The position numbers were made by a program, and so were the translations under genes. A DNA stretch of 64,000 bases from Candidatus Phosphoribacter baldrii (GTDB taxonomy: Bacteria; Actinomycetota; Actinomycetes; Actinomycetales; Dermatophilaceae), in contig JADIZV010000003.1 of NCBI GenBank assembly GCA_016704565.1, forward strand, positions 91,869 to 155,868. Direction: 5' to 3'. Each line of letters starts with the position of its first letter. The stretch's first letter is position 1. Below the pieces are notes generated by a model that saw only the letters and a program-made list of their open reading frames with translations, made no database searches and was not told the origin of the DNA. Positions 40,083 to 52,908 of this stretch are shown here, piece by piece.

Positions 40083-41090
40083 TCAGAGCCAGTCGTGCTT
40101 GCGGAAGAAGACGAACAGGCTCCCACTCACGGCAAACATCAAGGCGACAACAGCGAAGTAGCCCCAGTAGAACTCGTTGCCCCCGATGTTGACCGACGCC
40201 TCCAACTCCGGCAGGAACTTGAAGTTCATGCCGTAGACGCCAGCGATCATCGTCGGCACGGCCGCCATCGCGACCCACGCCGAGATACGCCGCATGTCGG
40301 CGTTCTGCTGGACGGTCACCTTCGTGAGGTGCGCGCTGAGAATTTCGGAGAGCAGCCGGTCGTAGGACTCGACGTGGTCATTGGTGCGGGCCAGGTGGTC
40401 CTCGACGTCGCGGAAGAAGGGCAGGACCTTCTTCTCACCCTTGCCGACATAGTTGAGGAACGGGAAGCGCCGCAGCGCCTCGGCGAGCGGGAACGCCGCC
40501 CGGCGGAACTCAAGCACCTCACGCTTGAGTCGATAGATCGCGCTGGAGTCCAGGTCGGTGTGCTCCCCGAACACCTGGTGCTCGATCTCGGTGAGGTCCT
40601 CGGCGATGTAACGGTCGATGACCTCGTAGTTGTCCACGACGCTGTCCATGACCGCGTGCAGGACGGCGAGGGGGCCCAGGCGCAGCTGGGCGGGGTCGGA
40701 CTCCAAGCGGCGGCGCACGTGGTCGAGCGGGTTGGCCTCACCACGGCGGACCGTGACGACGAACCGGTCGCCGACGAAGATCATCACCTCGCCGGTCTCG
40801 ATGTCCGAGGTGCGCTCGACATAGCGCAGGGTCTTGAGCACGGCCAAGAGGCTGCCCTCGTAGGCGTCGATCTTGGCCCGCTGGTTGCCCATGACGGCGT
40901 CCTCGACGGCTAACGGGTGCAGACCGAGCTCGGCGTTGACCAGCTCGAACTCCTCGTCGGTCGGGTCTTTGAGCCCGATCCACAGGAATCCGGACGCGCT
41001 CGCGCGCAGCGCGGCCAACTCGTCGCTGAGATCGGCCACCGCAAGGCGGATCCCATCGACATACATGGCCTGGTCGACAATCACTCGCAC
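40083..41090 (-). CDS. corA: Magnesium/cobalt transporter CorA
   Basis: GVYGMNF signature followed by the second TM helix. Cytoplasmic N-terminal domain. Confidence 0.9.
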   Translation of the reverse strand: MRVIVDQAMYVDGIRLAVADLSDELAALRASASGFLWIGLKDPTDEEFELVNAELGLHPLAVEDAVMGNQRAKIDAYEGSLLAVLKTLRYVERTSDIETGEVMIFVGDRFVVTVRRGEANPLDHVRRRLESDPAQLRLGPLAVLHAVMDSVVDNYEVIDRYIAEDLTEIEHQVFGEHTDLDSSAIYRLKREVLEFRRAAFPLAEALRRFPFLNYVGKGEKKVLPFFRDVEDHLARTNDHVESYDRLLSEILSAHLTKVTVQQNADMRRISAWVAMAAVPTMIAGVYGMNFKFLPELEASVNIGGNEFYWGYFAVVALMFAVSGSLFVFFRKHDWL

Positions 41091-41145
41091 AATCTCCCAC
41101 AGCCGCCTGAGGCGGCGTAACAGGACATGCCGATACGGTGGCCAG

Positions 41146-41895
41146 GTGCCGACCGTCCTGCTCGTCCGTCATGGCCGAACTACTGCCAATGCCTCTGGCG
41201 TGCTGGCCGGTTGGTTGCCCGACGTCAACCTGGACGAGGTGGGCCGTGACCAAGCAGACAGCGTGGGTCGGCGCCTGGCCGAGGCCGGTGTGGTCCCCGC
41301 GCGGGTCGTGTCCTCGCCGTTGCCTCGCTGCGTCGAGACGGCAGAACGCCTGGTTGCTGGGGTGGGCGGCATACGGATCGAGGTCGATGATCGGCTGGGG
41401 GAGTGCCGCTACGGAGCCTGGACCGGGCGGCCGCTCGGCGACCTCGCGAAGGAGCCACTCTGGCGGGTGGTCCAGGACCACCCGTCGGCCGCCACCTTCC
41501 CCGACGGCGAAGGGGAGACGGCCGGTATGCCGGGTGAGTCGATCACGGCGATGGCCGCCCGCGCGGTGGCCGCTGTCCGAGAACTCGACGCGGCCGTTGC
41601 GCGTGAGCATGGGGCCGACACGGTGTGGGTCGCGGTCTCGCACGGGGATGTCATCAAGGCCATCCTGGCCGACGCGGCCGGGACCCACCTGGACCTGTTC
41701 CAGCGGGTTGTCGTCGATCCGGCGTCGGTGTCGGTGGTGCGATATACGGGTAGTCGGCCGTTCGTCGTGCGGACCAACGATATCGGGGGCTCGTTGGCGG
41801 GATTGGTGCCGAAGCCCGCGGCGGCGCAGGCCGCTGAGCCACACTCGTCCGGAGATGCCGCGGTTGGCGGAGGCGCGGGCACACCCCCCGCGTAA
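41146..41895 (+). CDS. Histidine-phosphatase family protein (MSMEG_4193-type putative phosphomutase)
   Basis: VLLVRHGRTTANASG (RHG motif) and VSHGDVIKA. GTG 41146 within ORF 40873..41895. Confidence 0.8.
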   Translation: MPTVLLVRHGRTTANASGVLAGWLPDVNLDEVGRDQADSVGRRLAEAGVVPARVVSSPLPRCVETAERLVAGVGGIRIEVDDRLGECRYGAWTGRPLGDLAKEPLWRVVQDHPSAATFPDGEGETAGMPGESITAMAARAVAAVRELDAAVAREHGADTVWVAVSHGDVIKAILADAAGTHLDLFQRVVVDPASVSVVRYTGSRPFVVRTNDIGGSLAGLVPKPAAAQAAEPHSSGDAAVGGGAGTPPA

Positions 41896-41916
41896 GACAA
41901 CCTGTAGTACGCCTCC

Positions 41917-42231
41917 GTGCGTGGTGACGTTCACGTCCTCACGGCGCCTCGCGGCACCCGGGGCGCTGAGCAAGGCGGCCAGCGGTTCGCCGTCGTTGTC
42001 CAGTCAGACCTGCTTCCGCTGTCCACATGGATCGTTGCCCCGACCTCGACCGGAGCCCGCGAGGCCCGCTTTCGCCCTTCCGTGCTGATCGGAGAGGAAC
42101 GCACTCTCATTCTCACCGAGCAGATCGCCGCTGTTGATCCGTCCCGCCTCGGTCCTCTTGTCGGACATCTCTCACGCGAGGACCTCGATGCACTCGATGC
42201 GGCGCTCAAGCTCGTGCTCGATCTGGGGTGA
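41917..42231 (+). CDS. mazF: PemK/MazF-family endoribonuclease toxin; no cognate antitoxin gene visible
   Basis: MRGDVHVL ... EQGGQRFAVVVQSD ... VAPTST ... ILTEQIAAVD pattern of the MazF/PemK fold. 21 nt after the upstream gene and 33 nt before the next. Confidence 0.7.
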   Translation: MRGDVHVLTAPRGTRGAEQGGQRFAVVVQSDLLPLSTWIVAPTSTGAREARFRPSVLIGEERTLILTEQIAAVDPSRLGPLVGHLSREDLDALDAALKLVLDLG

Positions 42232-42264
42232 TGCTCGCGGCCGGGGGTCTGGGGGGCGGTTAGG

Positions 42265-42831
42265 GTGTCGATCATGTCGGTTTTCGAGTTCGACCCGCCG
42301 GAGCGCTTCGTCGCGGGCACGGTGGGGCCTCCCGGGCAGCGAACCTTCTTCCTTCAGGCCCGGTCCGGGCGCCGACTGGTCAGCGTGTCGTGCGAGAAGG
42401 AGCAGCTCGGGATCCTCGCCGACCGGTTGCTCGACGTCTTGGACGAGCGGGCGGGGGCGGCGGGCAGCGACGCTGCGGCGACGGCATACAGCGACGACGC
42501 ACCCCTGGACACCCCCATCGAGGACGAGTTCCGCGTGACCACCCTGTCGCTGGGTTGGGACCCGGAGCGCGCCGTGGTGTTGATCGAGGCGTTGCGCGAC
42601 GCCGACCCAGCCCCGGTGGCCGACGGTGACGACGAGGAGACAGCGGCCGAGGTCGAGGAACTGCCTCCGCTGGGGGTCGTGCGGGTGACCCTGCCGCCGG
42701 CGCAGGCCCGCGCGTTCGCCCGGCGAGCCCGCGCGCTGATCTCCGCGGGCCGTCCGCCCTGCCCCTTCTGCGGGGGGCCGCTGGATCCGACGGGACACGT
42801 GTGCCCGCGCGCCAACGGCTACCGGCGCTGA
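42265..42831 (+). CDS. DUF3090 domain-containing protein
   Basis: FDPPERFVAGTVGPPGQRTFFLQA ... CPFCGGPLDPTGHVCPRANGY C-terminal zinc-ribbon-like motif. Confidence 0.8.
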   Translation: MSIMSVFEFDPPERFVAGTVGPPGQRTFFLQARSGRRLVSVSCEKEQLGILADRLLDVLDERAGAAGSDAAATAYSDDAPLDTPIEDEFRVTTLSLGWDPERAVVLIEALRDADPAPVADGDDEETAAEVEELPPLGVVRVTLPPAQARAFARRARALISAGRPPCPFCGGPLDPTGHVCPRANGYRR

Positions 42832-42844
42832 GCGCGGGTCGTCG

Positions 42845-43684
42845 GTGGACGGTCCGATCACGGCCGAGGAACGCACAGCGGTCGACGAGGCGCTGCGCGT
42901 CGGCACGCTGACCGTCGTCGGGCGGATCGTCGACGCCTCGAACGTCGCGTTGCTCGTCGATGTTGGCGAAGGCATCGGGGGCTTGGGCCCCATGCGCGCG
43001 ATCTACAAACCGGTCAAGGGCGAGCGGCCGCTGTGGGATTTCCCGGAGGGCACGCTGGCCGGTCGCGAGGTCGCCTCCGCGCTGGTTGCCGAGGCCACGG
43101 GGTATGCCGTCGTCCCCCCGACCGTTTTGCGTGACGGACCGTTGGGGGTCGGGTCCGTTCAACTGTGGATCGGGGATCCGTTCGCAGCTGAGCCGGTCGA
43201 CGGGCCGGTGCGCGTGGTGCCAGTGGGACGGCTGCCCGACGGGTGGCTGGGCGTGGTCGATGGGCAACTGCCCGACGGGACCGAGGTGACGGTCGTCCAT
43301 GAGGACTCAGCTGATCTGCGTGACGCAGCCGTGTTGGATGCGATCCTCAACAACTCCGACCGCAAAGGGTCACATCTGGTGCGGGATTCTCGGGGCACGT
43401 TGTGGGGCTTCGACCACGGGCTGACCTTCCACGCCGAGCCCAAGTTGCGGACCGTGCTGTGGGGCTGGGCGGGGCAGCACTTGCGGGGCGGCGACGTCGA
43501 GAGGCTTGCCGCCTTGGCTGAGCAGTTGAGCGACCCACAGCATTCCCTGACCCGGTCTCTGGCGGCGCTGCTGCCGCCTGCAGACCTGACCGCGCTGGGA
43601 GCCCGCGTTCAGCGGTTGGCGGTGGGCGGCATACACCCGCGGCCCGGTGGGCGCTGGCCCTCGATTCCGTGGCCTGCTCTGTGA
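42845..43684 (+). CDS. SCO1664 family protein (PI3/4-kinase-like fold)
   Basis: AIYKPVKGERPLWDFP ... NNSDRKGSHL ... FDHGLTF. Confidence 0.75.
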   Translation: MDGPITAEERTAVDEALRVGTLTVVGRIVDASNVALLVDVGEGIGGLGPMRAIYKPVKGERPLWDFPEGTLAGREVASALVAEATGYAVVPPTVLRDGPLGVGSVQLWIGDPFAAEPVDGPVRVVPVGRLPDGWLGVVDGQLPDGTEVTVVHEDSADLRDAAVLDAILNNSDRKGSHLVRDSRGTLWGFDHGLTFHAEPKLRTVLWGWAGQHLRGGDVERLAALAEQLSDPQHSLTRSLAALLPPADLTALGARVQRLAVGGIHPRPGGRWPSIPWPAL

Positions 43685-43712
43685 GGTGACCTGCAGCGAT
43701 TAGGCTCAGGCG

Positions 43713-44969
43713 GTGCGCTCCTGGCCCTCACCCTTCATCCCTGACGTGCCCGGTCGCGGGCCGGCTGTTCGGGTCCACGACACGGGTCGTGGGGAGGTGG
43801 TCACACTCAACCCCGGGCCGGTGGCTGGCCTCTATGTCTGCGGGATCACGCCCTATGACGCGACGCACCTGGGACATGCCGCCACCTATGTCACGTTCGA
43901 CGTCCTGGGCCGGGCGCTGCGTGACGCGGGGCATGAAGTGCGCTATGTGCAGAACGTCACCGACGTCGATGACCCGCTCTTGGCGCGGGCGGTGCGCGAC
44001 GGAGTCGACTGGGTGCATCTGGCCGACCGTGAGACGGCGCTGTTCCGCGAGGACATGACTGCGTTGGGTGTCATTGCACCTGACCACTACTTGGGCGTGA
44101 CCGAGAGCATCGACCTCATCGTCGCCGACGTCGAGGCGTTGCTGGCCAACGGGATGGCCTATGCGGTGGCCGCGCCGGACGCCTCGGACCCGGCGGGGGC
44201 GGACGTTTATCTCGACATCTCGCAGCGACCAGGCTTCGGCGATCTGTCTGGTCTGACCCGGGCGCAGATGCTCACGGTCTTTGCCGAGCGAGGCGGCGAC
44301 CCGGAGCGTGAGGGGAAGCGCGACCCGCTCGATCCGTTGCTGTGGCGGGCTGAACGTGCGGACGAACCGTCGTGGGGCAGCGCGTCCCTCGGGGCGGGGC
44401 GGCCGGGCTGGCACATCGAGTGCACTGCGCTCGCCGTTCGCTATCTCGGTATGCCGTTCACCGTCCAGGGTGGTGGTTCGGACTTGATCTTCCCGCACCA
44501 CGAGATGAGCGCGGTGCAAGGGTGCGCGCTGACCGGGACGCGGCCGTTCGCAGAGGTGTTCGTGCACCAGGCGATGGTGGCGTTCGAGGGCGAGAAGATG
44601 AGCAAGTCCAAGGGCAACCTCGTGCTGGTGTCCACGTTGCGCGCCGCCGGGGTCGACCCGATGGCGATCCGCCTGGCGTTGTTGGCCCGGCATTACCGGA
44701 CCGAGTGGGAGTGGACCCACGCCGACCTGCACCGGGCCCAGCAGCGCCTAGCGGGATGGCGAACCGCCTTGTCGGGCAATGGGGGCCCGTCGGCGCAGGG
44801 GGTGCTGGCCGGCATACGGGAGCACGTTGCGGACGACCTCGACACGCCGGGGGCGCTGGCCGTCGTCGACGCGTGGGCGTCGCGGGCGTTGGAACACGGC
44901 GGGTCAGACCTGGGGGCGCCCGGTTTGGTGGCGCGGGCGATCGACCGGATCCTCGGGATTCGCGTCTAG
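43713..44969 (+). CDS. mshC: Cysteine:1D-myo-inosityl 2-amino-2-deoxy-alpha-D-glucopyranoside ligase (mycothiol biosynthesis)
   Basis: CGITPYDATHLGHA (HIGH-like) and KMSKSKGN motifs. CysRS-like without an anticodon domain. Confidence 0.9.
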   Translation: MRSWPSPFIPDVPGRGPAVRVHDTGRGEVVTLNPGPVAGLYVCGITPYDATHLGHAATYVTFDVLGRALRDAGHEVRYVQNVTDVDDPLLARAVRDGVDWVHLADRETALFREDMTALGVIAPDHYLGVTESIDLIVADVEALLANGMAYAVAAPDASDPAGADVYLDISQRPGFGDLSGLTRAQMLTVFAERGGDPEREGKRDPLDPLLWRAERADEPSWGSASLGAGRPGWHIECTALAVRYLGMPFTVQGGGSDLIFPHHEMSAVQGCALTGTRPFAEVFVHQAMVAFEGEKMSKSKGNLVLVSTLRAAGVDPMAIRLALLARHYRTEWEWTHADLHRAQQRLAGWRTALSGNGGPSAQGVLAGIREHVADDLDTPGALAVVDAWASRALEHGGSDLGAPGLVARAIDRILGIRV

Positions 44970-45028
44970 CGGGCTCTGTCGCCAAGAGCCTCAGCGTGAC
45001 GTGCTCATGAGGGTTGAGGGGTCCGGAC

Positions 45029-45067
45029 GCTGAGGCGCTGCTCACTGTGAGTGAGCAACGCCTCAGC
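45029..45067. terminator. 17-bp-stem hairpin (one mismatch) between convergent mshC and the PAC2 gene
   Basis: gctgaggcgctgctcac tgtga gtgagcaacgcctcagc. Confidence 0.5.
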
Positions 45068-45131
45068 CGCGGCGAACCCCCGCAAGAGCGGGAGGGGTTC
45101 CTGGAGGGACCCGGGGCCAGGCCGGCTGCGG

Positions 45132-45980
45132 CTAGGAGGGCTCGTCCTCGTGGCCGCGCAGGTAGCGCTCGAACTCGCGGGCGATAGCGTCGCCGCTAGC
45201 CTCGGGCAACTCGGCCGTGTCGGTCGCCTCCTCAAGCGACTGCACGTAGTCGGCCACCTCCTCGTCGCTCTCGGCCATCTCGTCGACGCCGCGTTCCCAC
45301 GCCTTGGCCTCGTCGGCGATGGCCCGGGCCGGGATCGACACGTCGAGGATCTCCTCGAGCCGGGCCAGCAGCGCCAACGCCGCTTTGGGGGACGGGGGTC
45401 CACCGGCATAGTGCGGAACGGCCGCCCAACACGACAACGTCTCGATACCCGCGGCGCGAGCGGCGGCGGTGAGAATCCCCACGATCCCAGTCGGCCCCTC
45501 ATACTCGCTGGGTTCCGCCCCGAACCGGTCCTGCACCGACTCGTCGTCGGAACTGGCATTGATCGGGATAGCTCGCGTGTGGGGAACGTCGGCGAGGTAG
45601 GCCCCCAGGGTGATGATGATCCGCACGCCCAACTGCTGTGCCACATCGATGAGTTCGGCGGCGTAATGACGCCACCGGATCGAGGGCTCGATCCCTTCGA
45701 CGATCACGACGTCATGCGGTCCGGCGGAGTCCCGGCACACGAAGATCCGAGTGGTCGGCCAGGTGACTCGACGTTCCCCATCGACGACACTCACCTTGGG
45801 ACGGTTGACTTGGAAGTCGTAGTAGTCCTCGGGATCCACCTCTCCCACCAACCGTGCGTCCCACACCTGCAACAGGTGCGCGACCGCGGCCGAGGCTGCC
45901 TCGCCCGCGTCGTTCCACCCTTCGAAGGCCGCGACGAGCACCGGCTCACGCAGCGGCGGAACGGAGCGCAGGTCAGGCAC
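45132..45980 (-). CDS. PAC2 (proteasome assembly chaperone 2-like) family protein
   Basis: PVLVAAFEGWNDAGEAAS N-terminal motif. Acidic C-terminus. Confidence 0.8.
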   Translation of the reverse strand: MPDLRSVPPLREPVLVAAFEGWNDAGEAASAAVAHLLQVWDARLVGEVDPEDYYDFQVNRPKVSVVDGERRVTWPTTRIFVCRDSAGPHDVVIVEGIEPSIRWRHYAAELIDVAQQLGVRIIITLGAYLADVPHTRAIPINASSDDESVQDRFGAEPSEYEGPTGIVGILTAAARAAGIETLSCWAAVPHYAGGPPSPKAALALLARLEEILDVSIPARAIADEAKAWERGVDEMAESDEEVADYVQSLEEATDTAELPEASGDAIAREFERYLRGHEDEPS

Positions 45981-46059
45981 GGGTCACCTCGCAGGAGTGC
46001 ACGGTCGGTCACAGACGTCACCACCCTAGAGCCCGCACTCCCAGCTGGTATGCCGCCGC

Positions 46060-46100
46060 GCCACGCGCGCGCCACACGCCACGCGCGCGCCTCACGCCAC
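46060..46100. repeat. 18-bp-period direct repeat containing GCGCGCGC palindromes, in a divergent promoter region
   Basis: gccacgcgcgcgcc at 46060-46073 and 46078-46091, partial third unit 46096-46100. Between the PAC2 gene start (45980) and the HAD gene start (46204). Confidence 0.7.
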
Positions 46101-46203
46101 AATCGCGTCACCTCGGCCTGATCGCCGGGTCAGTAGACTCGACAGCCTCGCCTCCGCCACCGCGCCGTCACCCGCAAACGCCCACGGAAGGTCTCCCGAA
46201 AAG

Positions 46204-46884
46204 ATGTCTGTCCGCTTGCCAGCGGCCGTGCTGTGGGACTTGGACGGAACCCTGATCGACTCTGAGCCCTATTGGTTCGCCGAGGAGCAAGCCCTCGTCG
46301 AGTCGTCCGGCGGCACTTGGACGTATGCGGACGCCCTCGCCCTGGTGGGCCGCGCCCTGCTGGACTCCGCGGCATACATCCTGGCGCGCAGCGATGTCGA
46401 CCTGACGCCCGAGGATGTCGTGGACCGGCTCGTCGCGGGAGTGGCCGGGCGAATCCGGGCGGAAGTCCCGTGGCGGCCCGGTGCGCGTGAACTGCTCGCG
46501 GCGCTGCGCGAGGAGGGGGTGCCCACCGGGTTGGTGACGATGTCCTACCGGCCGATCACTGACTCCCTCACGGCAGCGCTCCCCAACGGGTCCTTCGACA
46601 TCATCGTGTCCGGCGAGGACGTGACCAACGGCAAGCCGCATCCCGAGCCATATCTGACCGGTGCCGCGCGACTCGGTGTGGCCGCGCCTGACTGCATCGC
46701 GATCGAGGACTCCGAAACGGGCGCCCGATCGGCAGCCGGAGCCGGAGCACGGACGATCGTCGTGCCCAGCGTCAAGGCCGTCCCGCGAATGCCGGGCGTG
46801 GTGCAGATCCCGACCCTGGTGGGGGTGACCCCGACCGACTTGGTCGACCTGCCGGGCTTCGCCGCACTCCCGTCCCGCGGCTGA
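46204..46884 (+). CDS. HAD-superfamily hydrolase (beta-phosphoglucomutase-like phosphatase)
   Basis: LWDLDGTLIDSE motif I, VTMS motif II, GKPHPEPY, IEDSETG. Confidence 0.8.
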   Translation: MSVRLPAAVLWDLDGTLIDSEPYWFAEEQALVESSGGTWTYADALALVGRALLDSAAYILARSDVDLTPEDVVDRLVAGVAGRIRAEVPWRPGARELLAALREEGVPTGLVTMSYRPITDSLTAALPNGSFDIIVSGEDVTNGKPHPEPYLTGAARLGVAAPDCIAIEDSETGARSAAGAGARTIVVPSVKAVPRMPGVVQIPTLVGVTPTDLVDLPGFAALPSRG

Positions 46885-46905
46885 CTGGGGCGGTCGGCAT
46901 ACCCC

Positions 46906-47751
46906 TCAGTCGTCGGCGGGCTCGACGCGGCCGGTGACCGCGGGGTCCAACGCCCGGACGGAAGCGTCTGAGGGCAGCGGCGGGGGAGTGCCGCCCCACT
47001 CGGGGCAGAGCGACTTGTGTTCGCACCAGTCACATAGCCGGGACACCCGGGGGCGCCAATCGCCCGTCGATGCTGCCTTCTCGATCGCGGCCCACAAGGC
47101 CTTGATGCCCCGCTCGGTGGCCAGCAGGTCGGCCTCGTCGGGCTCATAGCGGACCAACTCGCCATTGCCGAGATAGACCAGCTGCAGCATCCGCGGCACG
47201 ACGCCACGCAATCGCCACAGGACGAGCGCATAGAACTTCATCTGGAACAGCGACGAGCGCTCGAACAACTCGGACGGTGATCGTCCGGTCTTGTAGTCAA
47301 CGACCCGCAGGGACCCGTCCGGTGCAACGTCGAGGCGATCGACATAACCGCGCAGGATCAGCCCGTCGACCTCGGCCTCGACATAGAGCTCACGCTCGGC
47401 CGGCTCAAGCCGGGTCGGATCCTCCAAGGTGAACCAGCGTTCGACCAACCCGACTGCCTGAGCGAACCACGCGTCGGCCGCGCCGTCGTCGTCGGCGTCG
47501 AGCAGCCCGGCCAACTCGGGCTCCTGAGCCACCAGCGCCTCCCACGCCGACGGGACCAGGGCCGCAGCAGCAGTCGGCGTCCGCTCGGCCGCCGGCAAGT
47601 CGAACAGCCGCTCCAGCACGGCGTGCACCAGCGTGCCGCGCGCCGCCGCTGGTGACGGTGGCGACGGAAGCCGATCGATGACCCGGAACCGATAGAGCAG
47701 CGGACACTGCTTGAAGTCCGAGGCTCGACTCGGGGACAGGGCGGCGACCAT
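46906..47751 (-). CDS. RecB-family (PD-(D/E)XK, Cas4-like) exonuclease
   Basis: GYVDRLD ... VVDYKTG nuclease core and C-terminal CDWCEHKSLCPEW cysteine cluster. Conserved position next to the pup/metH region in actinobacteria. Confidence 0.8.
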   Translation of the reverse strand: MVAALSPSRASDFKQCPLLYRFRVIDRLPSPPSPAAARGTLVHAVLERLFDLPAAERTPTAAAALVPSAWEALVAQEPELAGLLDADDDGAADAWFAQAVGLVERWFTLEDPTRLEPAERELYVEAEVDGLILRGYVDRLDVAPDGSLRVVDYKTGRSPSELFERSSLFQMKFYALVLWRLRGVVPRMLQLVYLGNGELVRYEPDEADLLATERGIKALWAAIEKAASTGDWRPRVSRLCDWCEHKSLCPEWGGTPPPLPSDASVRALDPAVTGRVEPADD

Positions 47752-47853
47752 GGCCCCACCGTATGCCGTCCCCCCGACAGGCGAGCGGGACTATCCACAG
47801 GTAAGCAGGCGATTCGCTTGCGAGGTCGTCGTCAGAAGGTGGACCCTCGAGGT

Positions 47854-48942
47854 ATGGCCACCGCGATCCGGGTCGAGATGCTGCCGGCCAGGCTCGGCGA
47901 CTGCCTCCTCGTCGAGTGCCTGCGCCCGCGCCGTCGGCCCTGGCGGATGCTCGTCGACGGCGGCCCTGCGGACACCTGGCCGCTGCTGCAGGCTCGCCTG
48001 GACCGGCTGCCCGCAACCGATCCGACCATCGACGCCGCGGTCGTCACCCACATCGACAGTGACCACATCGGCGGGATGATCCCCTTCCTGGCCAGTGACT
48101 TTGCCCGCGAGCACGTGCGCGATGTCTGGTTCAACGGACGCCCGCACCTGTCCAGGCCTCGATCTGCTCCACGCAGCGTGGCCCAAGGCGAGACCGTCAC
48201 CGCGACGTTGACCGGCGCCCCGGGAGCACAACCCGGTATGCCGTGGAACCTCGCCTTCTCCGGCGGCGCCATTGCGGCTGCTCCAGCCCCCGGTATCCGC
48301 GAGGTGTCGATCCCCAACGGTCCGCGGATCACGGTCCTGTCACCCAACGCACCGCGCCTGGCAGCCCTCGGCAAGGTTTGGTTCGAGACACTGGACAAGG
48401 CCCTGCGCCCCGACCACGAGCGGCCGCTGCCCGCACCGCTCGGACCCCTGGGTGACCTCGCAGCACTGGCGGCCCGCCGGACGGCCAAGGACAGCACCGC
48501 CGCCAACGGCAGCAGCATCGCCCTGCTCGTCGAACACCGCGGCGCCAGCCTCGTCCTGGGCGCCGATGCCTTCGGGCCGGTCCTCGCCGAGTCGCTGCGA
48601 GCGGTGGCGCAGGCGCGCGGCATACCGGCCCTCGCAGTGGATGCCCTGAAGTTGCCGCACCACGGCAGCCAAGCCAACGTCATCGGCAACCTGATCTCGG
48701 TGGCCCCAGCGCGGCACTTCCTCGTGTCGAGCAACGGTGACACCTTCGGCCACCCGGACGACCCAGCGATCGCACGCGTGGTGACCGGTGCACCCTCGGG
48801 CGCGACGCTGTGGTTCAACTACCGCAACGCCCGCACGCAGCGCTGGGCCGACGCCACACTGACCAGTCGGCACGGGTATGCCGTGCGCTACCCGACCAAG
48901 CCGGACACCGGCGTCCTGGTCAGGCTGCCGGTTCGGTCTTGA
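47854..48942 (+). CDS. Standalone MBL-fold metallo-hydrolase (ComEC C-terminal-domain-like)
   Basis: VVTHIDSDHIGG (HxDxDH) and LKLPHHGS motifs. ATG 47854 within ORF 47818..48942. Confidence 0.65.
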   Translation: MATAIRVEMLPARLGDCLLVECLRPRRRPWRMLVDGGPADTWPLLQARLDRLPATDPTIDAAVVTHIDSDHIGGMIPFLASDFAREHVRDVWFNGRPHLSRPRSAPRSVAQGETVTATLTGAPGAQPGMPWNLAFSGGAIAAAPAPGIREVSIPNGPRITVLSPNAPRLAALGKVWFETLDKALRPDHERPLPAPLGPLGDLAALAARRTAKDSTAANGSSIALLVEHRGASLVLGADAFGPVLAESLRAVAQARGIPALAVDALKLPHHGSQANVIGNLISVAPARHFLVSSNGDTFGHPDDPAIARVVTGAPSGATLWFNYRNARTQRWADATLTSRHGYAVRYPTKPDTGVLVRLPVRS

Positions 48943-48981
48943 AGGCGGCGGCCGGGGGCTGCTCCTCGGGGTCCGGGCGCC

Positions 48982-52806
<3,825 letters not shown>

Positions 52807-52908
52807 GAAGGTCCTCGGGGTGGCTGGGAACGCCTGCCCAGTATGCCGCGCCCCCACCTGTCGGGCCGGGTCCGCCCGCGGGCCGGACGGTGACGTAGGG
52901 TTCCGGGC

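Noticed and set aside
52807-52908. Looked for a cobalamin or SAM riboswitch-like leader upstream of metH, and for riboswitch-like leaders upstream of moaA and mshC.
   Set aside because: The spacers are short (about 100, 20 and 28 nt), and I could not recognise conserved riboswitch cores by eye. A covariance-model scan would be needed for a real answer.
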